A stretch of 64,000 nt of DNA from Amoeboaphelidium protococcarum X5. Taxonomy: Eukaryota; Fungi; Aphelidiomycota. Location: assembly GCA_023515725.1 (NCBI GenBank), contig JALDTO010000237.1, positions 124,001 to 188,000 of the forward strand, given 5' to 3'. Shown here one piece after another: positions 1 to 13,794 of the stretch. The translations under genes and the position numbers were made by a program. Each line of letters starts with the position of its first letter. The first letter of the stretch is position 1. A model generated the notes under the pieces. The model was not told where the DNA came from, made no database searches, and saw nothing but the letters and a program-made list of their open reading frames with translations.

Positions 1-297
1 TCAGCATGCACCAATTGTGAATTCTAATCGACGCGTCGGCGTCTTATGCAGCAGGAGCAGAAGGAGTAGAAGGAGCTGTTTAAGAACCAGTCGGCATGAT
101 TTAGCAGTGCTGATAACGTAACGAAAAATGATAAGTAAAATGGGTGATATAGATTACTGTATTTCTTATCATGAAAAGATTCTCACTTAGCCCATGCTTG
201 ATCTTATCAGAATCCGTTTCACTTCTAACCTTGGCGTAAGAATATTGCACCATGAGGCGCAGCAGCTCCATGTGGATCTTTGATCAATGATCTGACA

Positions 298-2038
298 AAA
301 TGCAAGAGGAGGTTCGATAATACTAGAAAAGTGTGATTAAAGGCAGCCAAATCTTATTTTATCGCTTTAGTGAATGCCTCACACTTTGTGTGGTGTTTCG
401 CTAAAGTATATCACACCTTGTGTGGTATGAGTATTTTCCCAGCGAGAAGTGTTCTGCACTTGCGGTTACTTTTAAATGAAAGAGGAGACTCGAATATTCT
501 AGAAAAGTGTAATTTAATGCAGCTAATTCTAATTTTATCGCGGTTTGGCAATGCCTCACACTTTGTGTGGTGTTTCGCTAAAGTACATCACACCTTGTGT
601 GGTATGAGTATTTTCCCAGCGAGAAGTGTTCTGCACTTGCGGTTACTTTTAAATGAAAGAGGAGACTCGAATATTCTAGAAAAGTGTAATTTAATGCAGC
701 TAATTCTAATTTTATCGCGGTTTGGCAATGCCTCACACTTTGTGTGGTGTTTCGCTAAAGTATATCACACCTTGTGTGGTATGAGTATTTTCCCAGCGAG
801 AAGTGTTCTGCACTTGCGGTTACTTTTAAATGAAAGAGGAGACTCGAATATTCTAGAAAAGTGTAATTTAATGCAGCTAATTCTAATTTTATCGCGGTTT
901 GGCAATGCCTCACACTTTGTGTGGTGTTTCGCTAAAGTACATCACACCTTGTGTGGTATGAGTATTTTCCCAGCGAGAAGTGTTCTGCACTTGCGGTTAC
1001 TTTTAAATGAAAGAGGAGACTCGAATATTCTAGAAAAGTGTAATTTAATGCAGCTAATTCTAATTTTATCGCGGTTTGGCAATGCCTCACACTTTGTGTG
1101 GTGTTTCGCTAAAGTATATCACACCTTGTGTGGTATGAGTATTTTCCCAGCGAGAAGTGTTCTGCACTTGCGGTTACTTTTAAATGAAAGAGGAGACTCG
1201 AATATTCTAGAAAAGTGTAATTTAATGCAGCTAATTCTAATTTTATCGCGGTTTGGCAATGCCTCACACTTTGTGTGGTGTTTCGCTAAAGTACATCACA
1301 CCTTGTGTGGTATGAGTATTTTCCCAGCGAGAAGTGTTCTGCACTTGCGGTTACTTTTAAATGAAAGAGGAGACTCGAATATTCTAGAAAAGTGTAATTT
1401 AATGCAGCTAATTCTAATTTTATCGCGGTTTGGCAATGCCTCACACTTTGTGTGGTGTTTCGCTAAAGTATATCACACCTTGTGTGGTATGAGTATTTTC
1501 CCAGCGAGAAGTGTTCTGCACTTGCGGTTACTTTTAAATGAAAGAGGAGACTCGAATATTCTAGAAAAGTGTAATTTAATGCAGCTAATTCTAATTTTAT
1601 CGCGGTTTGGCAATGCCTCACACTTTGTGTGGTGTTTCGCTAAAGTACATCACACCTTGTGTGGTATGAGTATTTTCCCAGCGAGAAGTGTTCTGCACTT
1701 GCGGTTACTTTTAAATGAAAGAGGAGACTCGAATATTCTAGAAAAGTGTAATTTAATGCTGCTAATTCTAATTTTATCGCGGTTTGGCAATGCCTCACAC
1801 TTTGTGTGGTGTTTCGCTAAAGTACATCACACCTTGTGTGGTATGGGTAACTTTTCGGCGAGCAGTGTTCTACATTTGCGGTTACTTTTAAATGATAGGG
1901 GAGGTTCGATAATACTAGAAAAGTGTGATTAAAGGCAGCCAAATCTTATTTTATCGCTTTAGTGAATGCCTCACACTTTGTGTGGTGTTTCGCTAAAGTA
2001 TATCACACCTTGTGTGGTATGAATATTTTCTCAGAGAG
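298..2038. repeat. 177-bp tandem satellite, about 9.7 units, with alternating A/B (354-bp) higher-order structure
   Basis: AATGCCTCACAC recurs at 373, 550, 727, 904, 1081, 1258, 1435, 1612, 1789 and 1965. Units are near-identical and alternate AAAGTATATC/AAAGTACATC. The same variant segment (GGAGGTTCGATAATACTAG...CGCTTTAGTG) occurs at about 308-372 and about 1901-1964. Confidence 0.97.
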
Positions 2039-3036
2039 TCGCGCTACTATTTTCTGCTATATTTAAATGATAGCGAAGGAGCGTATATAGTCGTCAGTTA
2101 CATAAGTTCACGCTCATATAGAGCAGTCTCTTAATTTGCAAAGATATTCCAAACCATTTGGCCAACTCGACTCCTTCTAACAACGCAGCGACTCAGCACG
2201 TATCTTTCTAGCAGGTGAAGTGTTTCATATCTCCCCTCACTTCGCAGATGATGGAATGATGCCAAATGCAATTCGGAGTATCAGGATGACCAGCGCGTTC
2301 ATAGTCCACGCGCCTTTACTATTAACCCACGTAGAATTGGGATTGATCATGGAAGGGTAGGAGGATGATTCTTTGGTTTTAGCGATTAAATCTGATATCA
2401 TTCTTTTCCCTCTATAAGATTATGCAATTGATTTGAAATAGATATTTTATCAATTTTGGTGAAAGAGGGTGAAATGATAATGTCGGTAAGAATGATTGCA
2501 CAACTGGCGCAAAGGGTGAAAACCATATTCACACCGGAGGACTAAAAGTATTAGGAGTAACGAATTAAAATTTATTAATAATCGACTCGCGTTTGCGGCT
2601 CTTAATTGCCTTTAATAATATCTTAGATGAAGGACTCAAGTTGTTGGGGAGTCAGTTCCTCGCAATCTCACAGGAAACTGATGTCGCGCTTAAGCACTAT
2701 CCAGGGAACTAAACTGATCAGAAGTACTTTTCAGTTGAGGTGAATGCAAGATCTCTTTAACGACTCGCACTTTGAAGATATGAACTTATAATTGGAAGAA
2801 TATAAAGACGTCGTTTATATACCGTACATATAGACATCTACGCGATTTGGAGCGTGTCTAAACGTACTGTATGTGTCAATGTTTCGACTCCCTTCGATGA
2901 TTGATCCACAGAGCTAACAAGTGTATGAAGTGATGAAACATTATAAATAATCAGTGCTATGCAAACAATATATTTGTACATAAAATTCATTCTAAAATGC
3001 AATCAATTAAAAATAATAGCAATACACAATATACCA

Positions 3037-4140
3037 TCACTGCTGAGACTTGAAAGTCTGAGTTACGAGAGAGTCAAGACGGCAGATGGCAAGGAAGATT
3101 TGCTCTTCCAGTGAACGACAGATTCTCTTTTTCAACTGATTGACCAGAGATGTGCCCAATAATCTGTAAGTAAAGTCGTGGCTCGAGTTGTGCAGATTTA
3201 TGCGCAACGCGTCAATGTTCACCTTAATGTCCACAGGAACCAAGGTTGTGTACCACAGATTGGTGTCAATGGCAGCCTTCATTGTGATACTCAGTCCATT
3301 TCCACTTAAGAAGATGTCAGCAAGTCCAGCGTCGCGCAGAGGTGGAAATCCGCGTTTTATTATAGAAAACTCCACATTTCGCAAATCAGCTTGAATCTGG
3401 TACACATTGACATCCACGGCGCTAATGTAAAAGGCACTAGGCAGATTGGGGCGGGGAGACATTTGAATGTTATTCGTTAAGTTGATTTCAACCAAATTAG
3501 GCAAAACGCTTTCCAATGAAATGACAGTATTGTCGAAAGTGACATCCATATTTGCATCAGAGATTTCAATTCTTGGTAGAGCTACAAACTTGAATGAGGA
3601 CGCAATTATGGGCAAGAACACCTGTCTCAAGTCCTGAATTAGATCCTACTTCAAAGCCACCTAGCCTGATTGAGGATCCATCAGGATAGACTGAACTACC
3701 TACCATCCAGATTAGTAGATTGCATTCAATGCACGATCGGACTGCAGACCATTCAGAGTATTTTACAATTCAAACACAAAGCTGTTGATCAACTGAGGAA
3801 TCTTGGTACCAAACAGCTTTCTACCATCCTCAATCAGGCGGATAGACTTCAGAGTGTATTCTGGACCATTCAAGTAGCCGGGATCATCCATACAACGACT
3901 AGAAAAATACTGCAGAGATTCCAAATAGTCCCTAGTCTCCCAATCCTGTGTAATGAACAATTAAAACTAATCTATGACGCGTATCAGACCATCCAAGGAA
4001 TATCCATTTGCAAATCTTTACACCAACTGCTTAAGATCTTCAAGCATAGCAGGCATATTCGCTTCATAGTACGACAGAGGAATAGTACGATGCATCCTGT
4101 GATACTCCCTACCAGTCATTGCACCAAGTTCCGCAGCCAT
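3037..4140 (-). CDS. Hypothetical protein, possibly fungal DUF4449/DUF5923-like (start uncertain, frame open to about 4251)
   Basis: ORFs 3037..3630 and 3763..3960 are in one frame joined only by TAR codons and end at TGA 3037-3039. The family guess comes from the LPRIEISD...VTFDN...LPN pattern only. Confidence 0.6.
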
Positions 4141-4263
4141 ACGAGCAATCAGAATCACAGCTTGCAGCAACTCTGGACTTTACTGCAGCGATTACAGGAT
4201 ACTGCGTAGAGACTCGGCAACTAGGGCCGCTTGATCAGCTGTTACAGAACATCATCATATTCA

Positions 4264-5190
4264 TCATTTGAGAGTCTTTATAAGATTTATGCTGCCGGTG
4301 CCTGTGGATACTATGAGGTCATTCTTTTGATTGACATCAATTGCAAGTACTTGGCTTTGAGACACTTTTACCTCATAAGCTATAATGCCATCTATCATAC
4401 CATACACAACAATGCGGCCATCTTCAGATCCACAAACTACTTGAGATTCATTATTTATCAGACAGCTATCAATTTTGTATTCATGATTAACATGACCAGT
4501 GAACAGATTCAGAACGTCCCCATTCGCCAAATCAATCAGTCGAGCACTATTATCTAACGATGAGACTAAAATCGCGTTCTAATCTTTATTTATAATACAC
4601 TTGGTGCAGGGTATTCCAATGCTATCACCACCGTCTATATAGAACGCGTCCAGCTATCCTCGGCGTATATCATATACACGAACGTGGCCATCAATACTGG
4701 CTGCAGCGATCATAAATCGACTCATAGATATAGAACTTACACTATCTGTGGCATCAGATAATTCTTGTATTTAACCATATGGGCGCATCTTCTATCTAAT
4801 ATCCCACAGCTTGACCAGCGAATCTTGAGAAACAGTGGCCATCACAGACAATTCATCATTCACACATATGTCATTGATCCGCAATTGGTGGGCACTCACC
4901 CTCTGAATTACTTTGCAACTTAGAACGTCCCATACCAATGCTCTACCATCGGCACCACCAGATACGAAACTCTCATTGATATGCGGTGAAATAGCGATAC
5001 AATGCGCGGCAGCTTAATGACCGCTGTATCTTTATATACACTGATCAGATTCCAAATGCGGATTATATAGACGGATTTCTTTGTCTAATCCACCAGCGAG
5101 ACAGTGCCTATTATTGCCGCTCCATTTTACCGCATAAGTTGGCCCCTTTACGTTAATCTAATCTTGAATTATCCTATAAATTTACGCCAT
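4264..5190 (-). CDS. WDR83: WD40-repeat protein, WDR83/MORG1-like
   Basis: With TAR=Gln this is a 308-aa ORF containing YSGH, FVSGGADG..LVWDV, VKLWDIR, ASIDGHVRVYDIRRG and FTGHVNHEYKIDSC...GSEDG. Confidence 0.8.
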
Positions 5191-5343
5191 CTTACGGGCG
5201 CTTGTCTAAGTCGAAGGCGTTAGACGGTCGCCAACAATAATAAGTGAAAAGGTGAAGTTGAGACAAGGTGCTGTTTTCTAATTCCCAACTAAAACATTCG
5301 GTAATACTGTTGCATTTTATTCATTCATTTTTAATCAAATTCA

Positions 5344-7464
5344 TCACACGTCAGAACTGCTTTGCTGCGTCATTGTGGTTTACTGTAGTGGAATGGTGGC
5401 ATTCATCACAGCAATTACCGTAGGAGATGCGTAACTGCTCTGCTCAATCACAGCCAATTTAGCACGAGCATTAGGTCTGCGTTTCCTAACCACTCTGAAG
5501 CCTACAGCTATGGCGATAGTTAGCAGAATAATAAATCCGGCCGCTAGAGATACTATTCTGGTTGTATCGGCGAAGAAGTTGGCAGCAGGGGAGCTTTGGT
5601 TGACCAGCGAGTTATTATTAATATTGCCACTATTGTCACGAGTATCTACACTGGACGATGAGCTTGAGCCGAACAACGAATTCGGGTTGAAAGTAATGTA
5701 TGCAGAGGATGGTAGAGCAATAGAACTCGAACCGTCTACAGGCACCACACTCAACTTTTAACTGCTAGTAATGATGATACCAGACTGCACAGATGGAGTA
5801 ATATTAAAAACTATAAAGGTTGAACTAGCAGGGGAAGTCAAAGAGGACGATGGACTGCGAGATTACGACTACAGCAGATCAGACGCAGTCGAGGCGAATA
5901 GTTTGGTTGATGTGATAATAGTCTCGAATGGCGCACTTGATTACTCTGATTATGACTAATGCGATGTGCAAGTAGTGGTCTGAGAACTTGAATACACCGA
6001 TTTCGACTACAATCCAACAGAATTAGTTGACAATACAGAAGCTTAACCAGACGTTCCAGGAGCGCTACTGGTAGTTTTTGAACTTGAAGTTATCGAAGAA
6101 GTGGTGGCAGAAGGCTCCAGAGTCTTTGTAGTCGTGAATATAGCTATCAAGCCATCACCTGATGTCGAAGTAGAGGAAGCAATTGTCTTCATGATAGTAC
6201 TCGTAGTAGTACTGGCAGTACTTGCTGACGCAGTTACGCGAGTGCTTTAAGAGCTGGTACTGCTACTCTTGATCGAGGTTGTAACTGTAGAGGTGGACGA
6301 TGAAGTACGAGTATTCAGCAGTGTATTTGTAGTAGTAAAACGGAGTGGCCCATTCAGTGGTGCAGCAGCTGAATACGTGGCATTTTCCACCCAGTAAAAA
6401 GGACCTGCGTCGCTGCTTAACCCAGAGCCGGTAATAATTACATTCTTACTCCTCAGTAACTGAATAGAAACGGCTTACGATTTTGGCAAGGTCTGGTAGG
6501 TGGGAGAGTCTAAAATAGTTTGATTTGAGAGGACTAACCTGAGAGCGCCCAAATATGAATTCCCATATTATACATCAGTAGTCGACGCGTACAATATATC
6601 TGCCTCTTCATCCACAAATACATCAGATACATATATATCTAGGTCGGAAGCTGCAATTGCCAGCTTGAAGGGATTATCATAAGAGAAGTTGCCGCGATGA
6701 AAGCGATCAAATATACCATCAAAGTCGGAATACATTGTCTCTCGAGCACTTCCGGCTAGGTAGAAATACCGATCTGTAGCATATATTGCAGAAAAATAAG
6801 CAGATTCGTGATCAGTGTACAAACGGAGTTAGAATATCTAAGTCAAGTTGGCATGAACGAATCTGACAACGGCAGAATTTTAGAGCTAGCCAGCCAAAGC
6901 AAAATACTGCCCATCAAAGCTTTCAATATCCAAGACTTTATCGCCATAAATAGTGCCAAATTGTTTTTTTGTTCCCATCTAGCCATTAAATTACAAGATG
7001 CCAAAGATAGCATCTGACGAACCACCGGTTAATGGTCCGGCAAAATACCCTCTCGTATATCCGCCATAGATAAGATCACCAGTAGAAGTGAAAGCTCCGG
7101 ATGTTAATACATCGGTGACGCCATTACCAATAGTTGATTAATAAACGTATGTGAAGTTGGATGTTAGCTTTCTGACAGAAGCATTTAGGGTAGAGGCATT
7201 CTACCAAGGATTTAGAAACATGTAAATGTTATCGCTGGAGTCCAGTAATAACAAGGTTAACTGTAATTCTGTATCCATTTCATACGCAATAGAATAACGC
7301 GTAAAATTGCTAGGATTTACGTTTATAATCATTGCTTTTGAAGGATTCGCCGTATGACAAGCGATAAGGATGTTGTCATTTAAATGCATTTAGACGCCAT
7401 TGAAACACGATGGAGAGCCACCCACTTGCAGATTCTGATAATGATAATTTTATGATGCCTGCAT
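5344..7464 (-). CDS. Mucin-like single-pass surface protein (beta-rich N-terminal domain, Ser/Thr stalk, TM, tail), paralog 1
   Basis: One frame links ORFs 7201, 6568 and 5380 through TAR codons. TM is IVSLAAGFIILLTIAIAVGF followed by RVVRKRR, and the tail contains MNATIPLQQTTM. Clearly similar to the adjacent gene. Confidence 0.75.
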
Positions 7465-7748
7465 ATTATTAAATCAGTTAAAACAGCCGGAGATTATCAA
7501 TTATCAATTGAATTTCAAAAAGAGGGTGTGATGATTGGTTATTAAAGTGAAATGGAGGCAGTAATTCTGTCAATAAGAGTATTATCATTATATGCACCAC
7601 CTCCAATCTAAAATTAGCTGCCAGTCAACGACGGTATATCGCACTCATCACACACAGAAACTGAAGGTGTGGTGAAATTAGGACAGTTATTATAACATTA
7701 ATTTTCTATATTATTCTCATAGCCTTTTTTTAACAATCATAGTTTAAA

Positions 7749-10031
7749 TCAATTTTGCTGGTTGTATTACAACATTGTCGTCTGCTGCAGTGGGATGGTG
7801 GCATTCATGGCCGTCATCCCGTTCATGTCCATCGTTGTGGTGGTGGTTGTGTTGTTGTAATTGTTCTGTTGTGCCCACTTTCTAGCCTTACGCCTCTTTA
7901 CGCACTTGGCTAATGCGTACATCATAATACTGACCAGAACTACAAACGCTGCTGCGACAGCTGCCAATTTGTTCGTATCAGAGAAGAAGGACACTGCTCC
8001 CGAGTTCTGATTACCAGACACATTATTGCTGTTGGTATTGCTATTACCGCTGTCACCACCAGCTACAGTTTGAGAATTAAAAACAGTGTTGCCAAAACCA
8101 AATGTAATAAACTCAGACACTTTAGGCGTACTCTGCGGAGTTGCATACTATGTAACTGATAGTTTTAGACTACTGACCGTCACACTGTCATCCAACATTG
8201 TCAATTAATTACTAGTTGACCATTGACTAGTACCAATAGAATCCAGACTAATAGAAGAGACCGTACTCAAATTCAGAGACTCCATAGACTCAGAAAATGT
8301 AATTGGTGCAGCAGATGTCATTGTGACAGCAGAGCTTTGGGAGTCAATATTAGCGCTACTAGGAAGCTAACCAGTAGATGTGGTGGAGTATAGGGTCGCT
8401 GTGTCATCTGCAGTAGTTAAAGTCGCAATGGTTTTAATTGACAATGGCTCAGATGTCAAAGTACTTAATACACGCGAGGACGTTGTTTGCAGCGGATTTA
8501 TACTACTAGTTACCAATGAAGTAGTCGTAGTCGTAGCAGTCGGTGTCGTAGTGGTAGTACTGGTAGTCGTTGTCGTTGTAGTAGTTGGTGTCGTAGTGGT
8601 AGTAGTAGTAGTGGTAGTGGTAGTAGTGCTAGATGTGGTAGTCGTAGTCGTAGTGGTGGTGGTGGTTGTCGTAGTAGTCGTAGTAGTAGTCGTAGAAGTT
8701 GTCCTAAGAGTTGTTGTCGTAGTCCTAAGAGTTGTTGTGGATGTAGTAGTAGGAGTAGTCCTAGTAGTTGTTCTCGTAGTGGTAGTAGTAGTGGTCCTAG
8801 GAGTTGTTGTGGACGTAGTAGTAGGAGTAAGCGTGCTGGTGGTAGACTTTGTTGAGGTAGAGACAGTGGATGTGGACGCAGTAATTAGTGCAGACGAAAC
8901 AGCAATCAGCGGAGAGGCAGAGGCATAAGTAGAGTTTTCTACCCAGTAAAAAGGAGCTGACCCATTCACTTGACCAGAGCCTGTCATAATCACACTTTTG
9001 CTACGCAGCAGATTGATTGACACAGGCACATAGTCTGATGTAGTATAAAGTTCAAACTGATAATCTGAAACATTGGACGCCTACATTTTCAGGTAACCAA
9101 ATCCTATATACTAATCTCCAATAACACTAACGGCAGAATAGATAAGATCCCTCGACTCATCCATGAATAAATCTGGGATGTACAAGTTACCGTAGTCAGC
9201 AGATATTAAAGGACCAAACCTAAAATCTTGTGTAAAGTTTGCCCGATGAAACCTATTCAGTGAAGCCTGATAATATGAAGCGTTAACAGGAAGTCGAGGC
9301 CCAGTCGTATAAAAAAACTACTGCGTGGCATAGACTGAGGAATAAGACGCATCAGCCACGTTGCCACCAGTATATTAGAATCTAATTAGAGTGAGATTAG
9401 CATGCACAAAGTACACAGCGCCAGACGTATTATACTTGCCCACTAAAGCGAAAGTCCTCCCATCAAAAGTGTCAATACCCGTGAAATAGTCCACTATTTA
9501 GGTGCTATACCTCACCTCGCGTGGCCCTAAGGTGCCATTCTTATACAGGATGCCGTACATTGAATCCTCTGGCTACTTTACGTAAGTGCCAGACTCAATC
9601 GACGTGTAACACTAAGACCCAATGTAAAGCAAGTCTCCATCCTATGTAATTGCACCCGATGTAATAGATGTACTGACACTTTAACCACCACTGTATACGC
9701 CACTCAGGAAAGAGGAAAACACAAGAGTGTAGTTCGAGTTTAATTTGTTCACTGAAACCACTTAATCTGGAGATGTAATAGGACCTTGCATCAGCATATA
9801 TATGTTATCAGTGGAGTCAAGCACAAAAGACTTGAACTGCCATGATGTGGTCAAGTGCTATTGATAAGCAATGGAGAAACGCGAGAAATTGCTAGGATTA
9901 ATTGTGACCAAGTAAGCCATGCTAGGATCTTGACAAGCAATCAGAATCTCATCACTTAAATGCTTTTACATTGCCCCATTACAGTAAGTGTCGCTACCTT
10001 ACAACTGAATTGTATTGAAGATGAAGTCCAT
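7749..10031 (-). CDS. Mucin-like single-pass surface protein with poly-Thr stalk, paralog 2
   Basis: One frame links ORFs 8367 and 7767. It shares NPSNF.R.SIAY, PFYWVEN.TY and MNATIPLQQTTM with paralog 1. TM is LAAVAAAFVVLVSIMMYALA. Confidence 0.78.
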
Positions 10032-10690
10032 TTTTCAGTATCAATTATGCAAACACGCGTATAAATATTATGCTTTCAATATAGTCTAATCAAGATTAGA
10101 GTGAGTATTGTTCTAGATAGTTATTATACCGATATTATACAATAGGTGTATAATAGTTAAATGGATGTATAATGTCGAGTTAGCTGTAATGAAGAGAGGT
10201 GAAGAGACAGGATGGAGCCACACTGGCATTTGTTGTAGCAACGGTGATATGCTTGATATTTATAGCGACACTACCAATCAGAAGCGTCAATGTAATAAAA
10301 AACTAAATTACCTTCATAACAAGGCGACAATCTTCACGTACAGAACATCCAGTCCTAAGTATCTACGTATTGACACTATTGAAACACACAGCCGTTCACG
10401 ATTAGCACACACGATGGGCAACAGAAGAGGCGGGCGTCCTACTTGAAACAACGCGCGCGCGATCAAATTTCCTTCAATCACTGAGAACTCGCGCGTCTTC
10501 CTCAACGCTTCTCACGTACAGTATACGCTAATCCTATCTTTAGGTATTCTCTCTACTACGTCTGGGTGTCTGTCTGACTGTCTGGCTGTGCTTTTACAGT
10601 GTTATAAACTTTATTTTTTATACTATTTTTCTATACTTTTGGCTGGAGAGTTATTAATATTACTTTTCTAAATTGAATAAAATTAAATTA

Positions 10691-13600
10691 ATGAATGTGA
10701 AGCACAAGGTTGGTGATTTTGTGGATTTGTCAAATTATGGCAAGGGCGTGATCAAGTTTATTGGTAGCACAACGTTTAGTACCGGTGAGTGGGTTGGCAT
10801 TGAACTAGCTGAGCCTAATGGTAAAAATGATGGAAGTGTCAACGGTGAGCGGTATTTCGCATGTCCTAATAATCATGGCCTATTTGTGCGGTCATTCCAA
10901 CTGGAATAAAAGCTTCGAACCAATGATGTTAATAAATCAACTTCTAGTGGCAGTCATAACAGTCCGGAAATGAAGAATAAACGTCAAAGTATGCCACTAA
11001 TGAAGGGATCTTCTTAATAATCTGGCAGTGTTAAAGTAAGTTCTGTCATTAATGTAAGTGATACCACTAGAGAAGAGCCATAAAGTGGCGCGGGTGAGTT
11101 GGGTAGGCGGCAGTCTAGGCGCTAAACTATGGCTCCATCTAGTACCACGGTTGAATAGAATATCGCGGCATAATTGTCATCATAATCATCGGTTTTAATG
11201 TGGCATGATTAACAAAACAAGTAGAAGCAATAGCAACAACAATAATTATAATAGGTTGGAAGTGTCACTTAGTTGAAATTATTAATTTAGAGAAATGAAG
11301 AGTTGAGGAGTAAAGATTTGGCCAAGATTCGGGATTTGTCGTTAAAGTATGAGAAAGTCTTGGCTTAGTACACGCAGTTGTCATCAGATTATGAATCTTT
11401 ACAGCTAGACAAGGAGCTGGCTGATGAAAGAATTGAGATTTTATAATTGGAAATTGAAGAACTGTAACTGGAATAGTAGCAGTAATTGGAAGATATGTAA
11501 TAGAATGAGGAATCTGCATCTTCAGAGGTGAATGATAAATTGCAAGTTGACTAAAAGTAGCTAAAGTTTGCATTGATCCAATTAAAGTAGGTGAAGGATG
11601 ATTTGTAGTTGGAATTGAGTAGAAAAGTGAAGGAATTGAGTAAGCTTTAAGAAATTTAGAGCAAGTATAATGCCGCTTAGTAGGAGATTTAAGAATTGAG
11701 GAAACAGTTGGACTATCTCAAAGAGTAACTTGATGAGGCTAGCAGTAGTAGTTTCGTGATGGACTAGCTATCATTTGAGAATATGCGCCTACAGGAGGAA
11801 GTGGACAGTCTTATGGTGCAGATTGAAGAACTGGAGACGCTTCGTGACTTGAATGACGAGTTGGATTTCACTAATCAGGAGACATTACGGGATTTACAGG
11901 CAGAGTTGGAAGAGAGGGAGTAGGATTTGAAGGAACTCTAGGTTATGGTCGCATTCAAGGATAAGCAGTGTGAAGCATACTAGTAGTCCATAGAATAGTT
12001 TAGAAGGTTAGTAGGAACGTTGCAAAATGATATCATGCTCTTGACCGAGAGCAAGTAAGCGTCTGATACCTCGCCTTTGTAAAGTCAGTCCTCTGAAATG
12101 AGAGAATTGAGTATTTTATTAAATAAGACTAGTCAAAAGTTTGCTAGAAGAAATATCGAACTGGACGTGCTAAAGTCTCAACTTGATGTTCAACTGTAGA
12201 AGAATGAAGTATTTAGCTGCTTTGTGCCCGTTGCATTATACCAAGACTAGCAGATTGATGTTTATTTCTATGCTCTCCAAGTGTATGGGAAGTTGTAAAC
12301 CATTTAGAAGTCGTTGTCTTTATAAGAATAAATTATTAGTAGTGATGCGTCTAGACGTTAAATCAGCTGCTTTGAAAGTCTTCTGTCTCTGTCTTGCTGT
12401 CTAATGTAATTGATAATGGTTTCGTTCGAGAGATGTGATTTTGTGTAAGTGCGGTTATATGCCGGAATGGTTGTGCATCTAAAATCTTTGGATATGCATT
12501 TGGATAGAACTATTAATCGGATAATATCTCAAGAAGAGCAAGGTGGTTTTGAAGATGGCCCTGGTGTATTTTAATTGACTCAAGGTTTACTCTCTTCTAA
12601 TATGTTGAAGACGTTTATTTGCAGTTAGCAATCTCTGGTGCATTTGCTTGATGCTTTGATCCGACTTATGACGAGTTCAGAAACTGCTTCTAATGATGAT
12701 ACCGACAGCGATGTAAATGTTCTAATCATGAAGGCACGACAAGCTAAAGATTCCATGTCTCCACCTAGGAAAGATGTACTGTGTAATGAAGCCCTCAGTG
12801 GTCAGATGAAGAAAGTTATTAACAAAGCACTGGCCGTGCTTGAGTAGCAATTTAATCAGGAGGATTCTTCTGCGTCTAAATATATTGCAGTAACTGATAA
12901 TGTGCACAACTAGTTGCCTTTGTTACTTGATGAAATTAGTGATAACTCCAACTTTAAAGATAGTGATGATGACTTTACTCCACTTTGGTCAAGATTTGCT
13001 CATGATCTGAAGGAGAAACATCAAGAGGAGGTGAAGCAAAGTTCCAAGGTATCAACTTTAGAGTAGTAGTTATCCAGATTGTCGAATGACCTTAAATTGA
13101 AAGATGATCTTTTGCAACAGAATGCCATAAAGTTGCAATTATTAGACAAGAAGTTATAGGATTTGAGATCAAAGTCTTCCGTAGTGGACAATTACGAGAA
13201 GGAGCAGAAGAAACTGTTAGAGCAAATCAAATTATATCAAGATGCAATGGAGACTTTACAGATCGAGATGGATGCCTTATAGATTGAAAATAAACGCCTT
13301 AGTGAGAGCAAGAAGATTGATTAGTAATAGATACTGCAACGAACTGGCTAGTTTTAGGTGAATGAGACCGGATCTTAGTTGTCTGATCTAAAGTCGCGTC
13401 GTTATCTTAAGCATCTCTAAAAGCAGAATGCTCAGCTGAAGCAGGAGAGGCTCTCTAAGCTTATTAACAATGTTCTGTCCTTGGAGATTCGTACTTTTGG
13501 TGGTAGTACTTAAACTCATTCTTCGTAATCGACTTCTCGGTATAAGAAGTCAGTATATTATCTTAGCTCTGAGATTAGCAGCATTAGATAGGACATTTTG

Positions 13601-13744
13601 ACTTACTGTGCCACTTATGCCCTATCTGATGGCCGGGATATTAAGTCGAGTAAGACAATTGCGAAAGATTCTGCAAAATATACGCTTCACCAACGCATAA
13701 TGAACGCCTCAAGAATGGTAAATCATATCAATGAAGAGAAATGA
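10691..13744 (+). CDS. DCTN1: Dynactin subunit 1 (p150Glued/Nip100-like), about 1017 aa
   Basis: N-terminal CAP-Gly domain (GEWVGIEL..PNGKNDGSVNGERYF.C..NHGLFVR), then a long coiled coil with ESLQLDKELADE and ELETLRDLNDEL. Frame is consistent to TGA 13742-13744 with TAR=Gln. Confidence 0.9.
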
Positions 13745-13794
13745 ACATCACACAATATAAACTTCAAAAGCAAACTTTAACATCTCAGTTCAGA

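Noticed and set aside
1-97. Possible 5' end of a minus-strand gene (MPTGSQTAPSTPSAPAA...)
   Set aside because: Only 32 codons are visible at the window edge and no family is recognisable.
370-1932. 520-aa repetitive ORF
   Set aside because: It is a by-product of a 177-bp (3n) repeat lacking stops in one frame. It has a GTG start and no recognisable domain.
298-2038. CRISPR-like array
   Set aside because: The units are near-identical along their whole length, with no variable spacers and no cas genes.
8380-8928. Poly-Val ORF on the + strand
   Set aside because: It is the antisense shadow of the poly-Thr stalk of the minus-strand gene.
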